Positions 54,684-64,000 of a stretch of 64,000 nucleotides of DNA are shown piece by piece. The notes beneath the pieces were generated by a model that had not been told where the DNA came from, did no database searches, and worked only from the letters and a program-made list of their open reading frames with translations. Position numbers and translations under genes: made by a program. Where the stretch lies: NCBI GenBank assembly GCA_029887765.1, contig JARXPF010000001.1:352750-416749 (forward strand), given 5' to 3'. This DNA comes from Thermoproteota archaeon. Lineage in GTDB: Archaea > Thermoproteota > Methanomethylicia > Methanomethylicales > Methanomethylicaceae. The number at the start of each line of letters is the position of its first letter. Position 1 is the stretch's first letter.

Positions 54684-57600
54684 ACCCTCTCAGCTAGTTT
54701 TAATCTTGGAGATATTCCTAAACTCATTAATTCTTGTAGAAGTAATTTAAAAGCATACGACATTACTACAGGAGATATTTTTGCTTTATCTCCACAAATT
54801 GGGCAAATGTATCTATCTTTTATTCTATCATAATAAGCAATAAAACCACAATCTTCACATACATGTACAATAGTCCTATCAGATTCATCAAGCAATCTTT
54901 CCTTTAATAACATAGCAGCACCATGTCCAATTAAACAATCTCTTTCCATTTCTCCAAATCTTAATCCACCCTCTCTTGCCCTTCCTTCAGTAGGTTGTCT
55001 TGTTAATATTTGAACTGGACCTCTTGCTCTAGCATGCATTTTATCAGAAACCATATGATGTAGTTTTAGATAGTATGCAATTCCTATAAAAACTTCTGCT
55101 TCCAATACTCTTCCAGTTCTTCCATCATACATTATTTCCTTTCCTGTAGACTTAAAACCTGCTTTTTCTAATAATTTGCGCATTTCTTCTTCAGTACAAC
55201 CACAAAATGCAGTTCCATCAACTGAGACACCAGAAACTGCAGCAGCTTTTCCTCCTAAAGTCTCTAGGATTTGCCCAATAGTCATTCTTGATGGAATTGC
55301 ATGTGGATTTATTATTAAATCAGGTACAACTCCATCTTCAGTATAAGGCATATCATATTGTGGAACTAATAATCCAATAACACCTTTCTGACCATGCCTT
55401 GATGCAAATTTATCTCCTAATTCTGGAATTCTTTCATTTCTAACTCTTATTTTAACAAGTTTATTACCATCAGCAGATTCGCTTACTAAAACTAAATCTA
55501 CAATTCCTTCCTCTCCAACTCTTACAGAAATAGAAGTTTCTCTTCTTACTGGACTTGTTACTTCAAATTCTCTAAATTCTTCAAGAAATCTTGGTGGACT
55601 TGTCTTTCCTACGAGTACATCACCGCCTTGGACGTTAGACTCTGGTTCAATAATTCCATCTTCACCTAGAAATCTATACGATTCTGGAGTTCTATACCCT
55701 CTAACATCAGGAGGGGGGATCTCAATTTTATCTTCTTGCCCTCCTGGATATTTTCTTTCTTCAACTTCATAACATCTAAAGAAAGTAGATCTAGCCAAAC
55801 CTCTATCTACTGAAGATTTATTGATTATTATAGCATCTTCAATATTATAACCAGAATATGATAATACAGCCACAACAAAGTTTTGGCCTGCAGGTCTTCT
55901 ATCTAATTTTAAGATATCAGCAACTTTTGTATTAACAAGTGGCTTTTGTGGATAATGTAAAAGATGAGATCTTGAATCTGTTCTCTCAATAAAGTTTGAT
56001 GCATAGAATCCTAATGCTTGCTTTACCATAGCTGAGCCATAGGTATTTCTAGGAGATTGATTAGTCTCAATGAAAGGAATCATAGATGCATTTATACCTA
56101 AAATAGCTGAAGGGACTATTTCCATATGAGTATGTTCATTATTTAATTCTTCTGGTGAAATTGCAATATATGCATTCTCTTCTTCTTCAGCATCTAAATA
56201 TTCAACAATTCCTTGATTTATTAAATCACTCCAAGTCCATTCTCCTGATTTAAGTTTTTCAACATGCTCTTTTGTTAATCGAGGAATGCCATTATCAACT
56301 ATTATTAATGGACGCCTTACTCTCCCAGCATCACAATTAACATAAACTTCTTGAATTTTACCATAGTTATAATAAGCAACATTAACTTCATTATGGATTT
56401 TTCTTCGTCTTCTCAATTTTCTAATTTCAGAAACTAAAAATTCTGGATTTTGATGAATTCCAATTAAACGTCCATTTAATATTACTTTTGCACCAATTAT
56501 TCCTTTTTCTCTTGCAAATTCAATTGGTTCTGTTCCTAATTCATAAAGAAGTTCTTCAACAGGATGTTCATCTATACCAACAGAAATAAGTGCCATTATG
56601 GCCAAGTTCTTTACAAGACCACAATTTGGTCCTTCGGGAGTTTCAGATGGACATAAACGACCCCATTGTGTTGGATGAAGATCTCTAGCTTCAAAATGAG
56701 GTTGACTTCTACTTAATGGTGATACTACTCTACGTAAATGACCTATTGTTGATAAATAATTTGTTCTATCTAATAATTGACTTACACCAGTTTTTCCTCC
56801 AACCCAATTTCCAGTAGCTAATGCATGACGCATTCTTTCAGTAATTACATCAGCCCTGACTAATGTAGAAATTAAGGCTCTTTTACTTCTACTCTTGGCT
56901 CTTTCAAGTTGATATTTTAAATCTCGACAAAAGCTTCTAAATGCAACTCTAAATAAACTTGCTAAAAGATCCCCTGCGAGTTTTAATCTTTTATTTGCAT
57001 AATGATCTTTATCATCTGGCTTTCTACGACCTAGTGCAAGTTCAATAAGCTTCTCGGCCATTTGACCTAAGAAATATGCTTTCTTTTTTCTATCACTTGG
57101 ACTCATTCCTATATGAGGAAGTAAGTATTTGTCTATGATTTGCTCAGCTCTTTGTATTCTAAAATCACGTGTTTGACCAATAGCTACTCTATTTCCAATA
57201 TAATCTAATGCATCTTCTACTGTATTAATTTCCATTCCTGCTTCAAGTGTAGGTATTAAAGCATTTTGTATTTCTGAATCGCTTGAAACAATACTCACAA
57301 TATCTTTATCAGAAACAATTCCAAGAGCTCGCATTAATATAGAAAGAGGAATTCTTCCAGGAATTGCAGGAAATGAAACTTGGAGATCTCCATTTTTCAT
57401 TCTTTCCATAACAATTGATACTCTAAAACCAGAAGTTGCTGAAAATACTTTAGCAATATGAGTTGTAGGAGAGCTACCTTCAACAACATCTACAAGAACT
57501 CTATTTACTGCAAGATCTTCTTGAATTACTAAAACTCTTTCTGAACCATTTATTATGAAATAACCACCAGGATCATCAGGGTCTTCTCCAACTTTTATTA

Positions 57601-58009
57601 ATTCTTCTCTATTCATTTTTGATAAAGGACATAACAAAGATTTTACCATGACAGGTAATTTTCCAATATATACTTCCTGTTCTTCTTCTTCAATTCCATC
57701 TTCAATTGGTGTTAATTTTAAAAACATAGATGAAGCATAAGTTAGATTTCTCTGTCTAGCTTCTAAGGGGGTTATCTCTTTTTCAGATCCATCAGCTTCA
57801 TATATTGTAGGAGTTTTTATTATGAGCTTACCAAGTTTTATTTTTAAACCAGGAACGTCGGTATCGATTACTCCTTGTTCATTTATAATTTCTTGGATTT
57901 TATTTCTTATAAAATCATTGTAAGAGTCTAAATGTTGTCTTACTACACCTTTTTCTTTAAAGAAAGCTTCCACAAGAACCCATCTATCATCAATGGAAAT
58001 TCGACTCAT
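54680..58009 (-). CDS. rpoB: RNA polymerase subunit B (Rpo2, unsplit)
   Basis: [43 protein letters not shown]. Confidence 0.98.
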
Positions 58010-58015
58010 ATATAA

Positions 58016-58255
58016 TCACCAAGGAACTACATATCTATATGCTATTGCTTCTCCAGCAACTGGGCTTTTTCTTATTATTTTTATAACATCTCCTGGCTTT
58101 GCCCCAAGTGCTTTACACATTGGATCATTTTTCCTTATCCAAGGTAATTGTTCTTTTCTTATACCATATAACTTTTTCAATTCTTCTACCTCTTCCTTAG
58201 AGAGTACTATAGCTTTTGGTACTAATTCATGTTTAAAAATATCGAATTTTGACAA
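58016..58255 (-). CDS. rpoH: RNA polymerase subunit H (Rpo5)
   Basis: HELVPK, LPWI..DP, GDVIKIIRKS..AG...YRYV; TTG start at 58255 after GGTGG SD (ORF-track start lies inside tRNA-Tyr). Confidence 0.93.
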   Translation of the reverse strand: MSKFDIFKHELVPKAIVLSKEEVEELKKLYGIRKEQLPWIRKNDPMCKALGAKPGDVIKIIRKSPVAGEAIAYRYVVPW

Positions 58256-58335
58256 TAATCCACCACCCGACATCTGTAAAATCTTAATTAAGCATAAAAT
58301 GGAAAATTTACCTGATTTATAAACTTTCCTATTTT

Positions 58336-58475
58336 TGGTCCCGCCCGCCGGATTTGAACCAGCGACCACCCGGTATTTGCCCAGCTAACACAGGCTCATC
58401 TAATGCCATAAGGCAAAAATTGCCTGTGTGACATTTAGTCTACAGCCGGGCGCTCTACCACTGAGCTAGGGCGGG
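58336..58475 (-). tRNA. tRNA-Tyr(GUA) with 65-nt 37/38 intron (58375-58439); CCA encoded
   Basis: CCCGCCC/GGGCGGG acceptor with C1-G72 and A73; CCCGG-CTGTAG[intron]A-CCGGG; GCTGG-TTCAAAT-CCGGC. Confidence 0.93.
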
Positions 58476-58520
58476 ACCTGATAGGATCATGTGAAAAATT
58501 TCTTATAAGTTTTTTGAGAA

Positions 58521-59684
58521 TCATGGCCTAACTCCAAGTATTACTGGAATTGTAAGAATTTCACCACTTCTTATTATTGTAACATTTATTTTTTGATTGG
58601 GAACGGTATTTCTTACAAGATATGAAGCAAGATTTTCCATATTTTTTATTGAATTTCCGTCTATGGAGATTATAATATCCCCATCTGCATATATTTGCCT
58701 TCCAGCAATATTGATTGGCTTTGATCCTCCTCTTAATCCAGCTTTATCTGCAGGACCTCCTTTAACTACAGATTGAATAAGTACTCCATATGTATAATTG
58801 ATTCCTATGGATTTTGCAATTATATAATCAACATCAATCCCACTTATACCAATATATGGATGTTCATAATAACCTTTTGTAACTAAATCTTTAATTTCTC
58901 TTATTAAAGTATCTGATGGAATTGCGAATCCAACATTTTGTGCATTTTCAATTATAGCTGTTGTTATACCAACAACTCTTCCATAAATATCAAGAAGAGG
59001 GCCGCCAGAATTTCCAGGATTTATAGGAACAGTGATTTGTATTAAATCAGCTAAAAGATAACCACTAGTAGTCTCTATAGTTATAGCTCTTCCTAATTGA
59101 CTAACTATTCCTGAAGATAAAGTAGATTGAAAACCAAAAGGATTTCCAATTGCAAATACAATGTCTCCAATTCTCAATGTTGAAGAAGAAACTACATTTA
59201 ATGGAATGAGTTTTTCTTCAGGTGCATATGGTTTTAATATTGCTAAATCACTATACTTATCTGATCCAATTACATCAAAAGGATAAGCTTCTCCATCAAA
59301 GAAAACTATACACCCATTAACAATTTTATTAACAACATGAAAGTTTGTTACTACAAGTGGATAACCAGTTAAATTTACTATAAAACCAGAACCTATAACT
59401 TCTTGATAGTAAACAGTACCAAGTATGGAAATTGCAGGAACTAAGCCTTTAATCATTACAACAGAATTTTTGACATAATCATAAATATCAGGTAATGAAA
59501 AATTATTTTGATAAACTACTACATAACTTTTGGATTCAAGAGAAGATATTTTATTTTGTAGTAATTTTATTTCAGATAATAAATTTTGAAAATTATAGTA
59601 AGATATGGAATAACCAATATAACTACCTATTATTAACATAAAAAGAGCAAGTGCAAGTTCTTTTGAATTCATTGAAAATCCCAT
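58521..59684 (-). CDS. Membrane-anchored HtrA/DegP-like serine protease with PDZ domain
   Basis: N-terminal TM segment, GSGF, TNFHV, DLAIL, NPGNSGGPL, GGPADKAGL. Confidence 0.93.
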   Translation of the reverse strand: MGFSMNSKELALALFMLIIGSYIGYSISYYNFQNLLSEIKLLQNKISSLESKSYVVVYQNNFSLPDIYDYVKNSVVMIKGLVPAISILGTVYYQEVIGSGFIVNLTGYPLVVTNFHVVNKIVNGCIVFFDGEAYPFDVIGSDKYSDLAILKPYAPEEKLIPLNVVSSSTLRIGDIVFAIGNPFGFQSTLSSGIVSQLGRAITIETTSGYLLADLIQITVPINPGNSGGPLLDIYGRVVGITTAIIENAQNVGFAIPSDTLIREIKDLVTKGYYEHPYIGISGIDVDYIIAKSIGINYTYGVLIQSVVKGGPADKAGLRGGSKPINIAGRQIYADGDIIISIDGNSIKNMENLASYLVRNTVPNQKINVTIIRSGEILTIPVILGVRP

Positions 59685-59766
59685 AAATTAATTAAAAACT
59701 TAAGAAATATAAAGGTGTCTCGTTTCAAAAAACTTATAAAAAAGTCACGAAATTAATAAAACTAGA

Positions 59767-59844
59767 GCCCCGATAGTATAGTCCGGCCCAGAATGCTGGC
59801 CTGTCGAGCCAGCGACCCGGGTTCAAATCCCGGTCGGGGCGCCA
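59767..59844 (+). tRNA. tRNA-Asp(GUC), intronless, CCA encoded
   Basis: GCCCCGA/TCGGGGC acceptor, CTGGC-CTGTCGA-GCCAG anticodon arm, CCGGG-TTCAAAT-CCCGG. Confidence 0.95.
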
Positions 59845-60857
59845 TAAAGTTCTAAAATTTTATTTTTAATCCATTCAAAATTACCTTCAATTATTTGTTT
59901 TTCATTAAAAATTTTTTTATAAATAATATTTCCAAAATCATCATCATTTTCAACTTTTAAAATAATTGAATTTGGATGAAATTTCGCTCCCTTAATTAAT
60001 CCATCTTTGTCTTCATCTACTATTCCAATAATTGGAATATTAAATCTCTCTAGTATATCTCCAACAATTGTAGTAGTATCGTCTCCTACAGTTACAGCAC
60101 AACATATACCTTCATCTAAAATTCTTAAAATATCATAACCAGCATGATTTATAAAAGCTATTTTTTCCTTAGAGATATATTCTAAAGATGCTCTATTTTT
60201 TACTTCATCTCTTAAAATTTTTATAGTATCAATTTTAGCACTTCTTAAATCAATTTTCTCTAATTTTTTAATTCCATTTTCTTTTATAATTCCTCCTCTT
60301 ATATCTAATATTTTACCATTTTTACATACAAAAATTAAATCTTTTTCAATGACTTTTCCAATAATTATTCCATTAACTAATATCCAATCTCCTGGTTCTA
60401 CAGCTAATATTTTTCTATATTCTATTTCATTTTCTATCCAAAAAGTTTCACCATAATCAATACCTTCCATTAACTTAAAGTTTAAATCATTAGAAATTTC
60501 TTCAGCTATTTTTTTAACATTTTTCCAATATGCAACTACTTTATTATTTACCTCTATACCAATTATTGGTAAATTTATTTTCTTATATAAATGCCAACAA
60601 TCTGCAAGCATTCTTTCTAAAGAAGAAGCATGAGTTGCACTTATAATTAAGTCAAAATTCTCTTTATTAATCCAATTAACAAATCTTTCTTTTAATATTT
60701 TAATTCCTTTAAGCCCAAAATCCATCATTGAAATAGTAGTTATAGTTCCTGAAGTAATTGCAATTACATCTCCATATTTTTTAAGCAAAGTTAAAATTCT
60801 TTCAGCCCACCCTGATTCAAATATTTTAGACATGTGAAATCTTAAACAGATTTTCAT
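59823..60857 (-). CDS. Probable DUF2117 family protein
   Basis: Recalled family features: 'SG.A..I', 'GE.I.VNGIIIG', 'H.G...L', 'VTVGDDTT...GDIL.RF.IPIIGIVD.D.DG'. Confidence 0.7.
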   Translation of the reverse strand: MKICLRFHMSKIFESGWAERILTLLKKYGDVIAITSGTITTISMMDFGLKGIKILKERFVNWINKENFDLIISATHASSLERMLADCWHLYKKINLPIIGIEVNNKVVAYWKNVKKIAEEISNDLNFKLMEGIDYGETFWIENEIEYRKILAVEPGDWILVNGIIIGKVIEKDLIFVCKNGKILDIRGGIIKENGIKKLEKIDLRSAKIDTIKILRDEVKNRASLEYISKEKIAFINHAGYDILRILDEGICCAVTVGDDTTTIVGDILERFNIPIIGIVDEDKDGLIKGAKFHPNSIILKVENDDDFGNIIYKKIFNEKQIIEGNFEWIKNKILELYGAPTGI

Positions 60858-60899
60858 AATTAGAAAATAAAAAATAAGACTGTTATATTCTTTATATCA

Positions 60900-61604
60900 A
60901 TGGTTGAAGTATCTATTATAATTCCAACTTATAATGAAGAAAAAAACATAGCACGTACATTATACTATATTTTAAATCAAACAATCCCTAGAGAAAAATA
61001 TGAAATAATTATAGTAGATGGTGGAAGTAAAGATAAAACAATAGAAGTAGCATCAAAATATGCTGATAAAATAATATTTCAAAAAAGTAAAGGTGTAGGA
61101 GGAGCAAGAAATGATGGAGCTGCAATTGCTAATGGAAAAATTTTAATTCATACTGATGCTGATGTTATTGTTGAAAAAAATTGGATAGAAAAAATATTGA
61201 ATAAATTTTCTAATGGAGTTATAGCAGTTTGTGGTCCAGATGAACCTTTAGAAAATGATGTAAAACTAAAAATACTATATAATATAATAAATATTATATC
61301 ATATATTGCAGCTAAATTAGGAATTATTTGGACAAGGGGTACAAATACTGCTGTATTAAAAAAGGCATTTTTACTTATTGGAGGATACAAGGATTATCCT
61401 ATATGTGATGATGGAGAATTAGGAATTAGATTAAAAAAAATTGGAAAAATTATTTATGCAAATGATATAAAAGTTAAAGCTTCAGCTAGAAGATTTAAAA
61501 AACATGGAATTTTAAAAGTCCTTATTGAATGGGCTAGAGGAGATATCTTAGTATTAATAGGAAGGAGGCCTGTAGGAAAATATCATAAAGAAAAATATTT
61601 CTAA
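60900..61604 (+). CDS. Glycosyltransferase family 2
   Basis: VSIIIPTYNEE, IIVDGGSKD, G.GGARN.G, DAD. Confidence 0.92.
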   Translation: MVEVSIIIPTYNEEKNIARTLYYILNQTIPREKYEIIIVDGGSKDKTIEVASKYADKIIFQKSKGVGGARNDGAAIANGKILIHTDADVIVEKNWIEKILNKFSNGVIAVCGPDEPLENDVKLKILYNIINIISYIAAKLGIIWTRGTNTAVLKKAFLLIGGYKDYPICDDGELGIRLKKIGKIIYANDIKVKASARRFKKHGILKVLIEWARGDILVLIGRRPVGKYHKEKYF

Positions 61605-61870
61605 TTAAAAAAGAAATTGATAGATGAAGAACATGATTTAAAGTAAATGTATAAATTCACTATAAGAACTCTATAGATGATTAAGAAAAAAGTTTAGGAA
61701 GGTATTATTTTTCATTCTAATAAACCACTAAGGTTGCTGATTATTTTCACATGAATATTCTGAAAATTCAATTAAACTAAATATAAAAGGTTATTTTATA
61801 TAAAAATTAAATATTTTATTATGAGATTATTTAACAAAATATAATAATAAAAAAAGATAAATTTAATATG

Positions 61871-62932
61871 TTAATGTAATCTTAAAATTTCAATTATTAT
61901 ATTTGCCAATATTTCAGTATTAATTTTATTTAAATATTCTATTGTTTTATTAAAGTTAATCTTTATAGATTCTACTATGATTTGTGCTCCTATTGACATA
62001 TTATTACTAGCGATATGTTCAACTATTTGAGTTGCTATTGAGGTTTCCATGTTTAAAATTATTTGAGGTGTTTTTCTAGAAAGTTGTAATATTTTTGCTG
62101 ATGAATTACTATCCATTATAGATAAAACTTCTACAGCTCTCTCGATAGTAAGATTTTCAATAAAGTTAACAGCTTCCTTAGGAGTTAAATTCATTAAATA
62201 AGTTGCGATTTCCTCTGGTTTGTTTTCTTCAACTAAAGGTTCTTCAGTTGATTGTTCAGAAGGGGACTGTTCATATTGTGTAGGGGGTTGTTGAGGCGTT
62301 ATAGGTGAAGGATAAATTGGTGGAATATTAGGCAATGATGATAGTGTTATAATTCTCATAAAATTCCCAATTTTCACTGTAAAAGTTCCTTCTGGTATAT
62401 AGCTTGTATCTAGACTGTAAGTATATAAACCTTCTTCATTTGTAATTATAGTAGTTGATGCTGTTATTCTTAATTCTACATTTGTTAAATTATTTTCAGC
62501 TTCACCATATATCACAACATCATAAGTACCTATGGGAATATTACTCTGAGATATAGAAGCATATCCACCATTACCATTAATACTTTTAGTAATCCAAAAA
62601 AAGAACAATTTCACAGCTACATTCAAGTTTTTTATACCATAGGCCTCTACTTTAAATGTATTTGATGCATATGGTATTTTAACACCATAAATTCTATATT
62701 CATAAAATCCATTAGTTGTAGGTACAATTTTTTGAAAATACATAGATACTGGAATTTCCTCAGAAGATGATGTTCTTATAATTACATTTAGAATATCTTC
62801 TTTAACAGGATTTTCTGGATTTATTTCAATATACTCTATACTTGCATAATATATAATTGGATAACTAATAATAGATAAAAAAATAGGAAAATTAAGACTT
62901 CTTTGAATATCTAAGCACCACGTACAGTACAA
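61871..62932 (-). CDS. Hypothetical exported/surface protein (beta-rich domain, P/Q/T/E linker, helical repeats); start uncertain
   Basis: Hydrophobic N-terminal segment, PPIYPSPITPQQPPT linker, MgtE-N-like helical repeats at the C-terminus. Confidence 0.6.
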   Translation of the reverse strand: MYCTWCLDIQRSLNFPIFLSIISYPIIYYASIEYIEINPENPVKEDILNVIIRTSSSEEIPVSMYFQKIVPTTNGFYEYRIYGVKIPYASNTFKVEAYGIKNLNVAVKLFFFWITKSINGNGGYASISQSNIPIGTYDVVIYGEAENNLTNVELRITASTTIITNEEGLYTYSLDTSYIPEGTFTVKIGNFMRIITLSSLPNIPPIYPSPITPQQPPTQYEQSPSEQSTEEPLVEENKPEEIATYLMNLTPKEAVNFIENLTIERAVEVLSIMDSNSSAKILQLSRKTPQIILNMETSIATQIVEHIASNNMSIGAQIIVESIKINFNKTIEYLNKINTEILANIIIEILRLH

Positions 62933-62956
62933 TTATTATAATTATTAATATTATTA

Positions 62957-64000
62957 ATGGCTAAACTTAGCTTCCAAAACTTTGCGCCTCTTCTAACTGG
63001 ATAAGCTATAGAGATAATTAGAAAAGAGTATCCAACAGCCGAATTCATAAAATCCAGCGTAGCGCTTCCGGCACATAATAGCCTAAGAAACGCAAAGCAA
63101 ACACTATTACCAAAGCTGAGACCCAAATGAAATCTATGAAAATCCCAAAATAAAACAAGAGTTGTTTTGCCTTATGGAAATGCCATTCCTAGTCGTTCAT
63201 AGCCTAAAAATTATAAATGATCAAGAACTAAAAAGCATTACCCTATTCGATTTTATTCGCCTCTATCACATTTTTCAACGTAACAGCGCGAAAAACACAA
63301 AAAAGACAAAATTTACATTTTTAAGGCAAATTCGCTATACCACCCTCTTCATCAACTTAAGCCTCTCCATATTTGATAACAAGAAAGAAATGGAATACGC
63401 AAAAAGCATCAGCCTAATAACAGAAAAGGTTCATAGTTGAGCAGAGTTATATTTTTGATGACTTGAACTCTTTTGGATTCTTTCCCAGATAGTTTTCAAG
63501 CTTCCTCTTCCATGAGCCATCTTTCATGCAAAGAATTGTTAGCAACATTCATTGCCGTTTAGATCCAGTTTTTATTAGCTCTTAAATTATTTTGAGGACG
63601 TCGGTTCCATAAAATTGCTATATCTGATTTCCCTAACATTTTGAAGTTTGCGGAGTGTATTGCAGAGGTTCTTGACCTAGAGCGTATAACAGAAGTTGGC
63701 ATGGATAAGTTGGAATTCGTTGTTATTTCAAGGAGCGATGAGAAGAAATCAATTCAACGGCATCCTCGTAAACTTTAATTACCTCTGTTCATGAAAAATA
63801 GACAGAGGTTTCACCGTTGCCAATTTTCCTTGGGGATTTCGCAAGTTTCGTTGATGGCAAAAAGGATGATTTAAGAAATAAGGTTTTGAAAGGTAAGCCC
63901 AATTGGTTAGAGGAAGACTTTAAGAAATATGTTAATGCTCATTGGGTGTCATTAGAAGAGAGTTTAAATGATTTTACAGTTAGCCCTGCAGATCTTGACA
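62957..64000 (+). pseudogene. Degraded or foreign coding-like sequence in several short, interrupted + strand frames
   Basis: Higher GC and more CpG than the flanking genes; longest frame 63162-63440; in-frame stops and frame switches. Confidence 0.35.

Noticed and set aside
58256-58369. N-terminal extension of RpoH in the ORF track
   Set aside because: It runs through tRNA-Tyr and its trailer; the TTG at 58255 with an SD gives a normal 79-aa Rpo5

Overview
AT-rich archaeal core-genome window. Unsplit rpoB, split rpoA1/rpoA2, an rps12-rps7-tuf-rps10 block without EF-2 and GGTGA Shine-Dalgarno motifs suggest Thermoproteota/TACK, possibly Methanomethylicia (inference). It holds the ribosomal-protein superoperon, RNA polymerase genes, KEOPS genes, translation factors, isoprenoid/lipid genes, rtcB and archease, and four tRNAs, three with introns. 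Main result: the aIF5B/IF-2 gene (infB) looks frameshifted but contains a 22-nt intron (12402-12423, minus strand) in a perfect bulge-helix-bulge (BHB) motif. Cutting at the standard endonuclease positions restores the conserved M-T-Q-H-I-G switch-I sequence and a 594-aa ORF, i.e. a candidate tRNA-type intron in an essential archaeal mRNA. Secondary results: a candidate box C/D sRNA, a degenerate mevalonate-kinase-like protein at the mvk locus, an unusual EF-1alpha switch I, a 25-aa small ORF heading the L3 operon, and a compositionally foreign, degraded terminal kilobase. No CRISPR array, transposase or intein was recognised.
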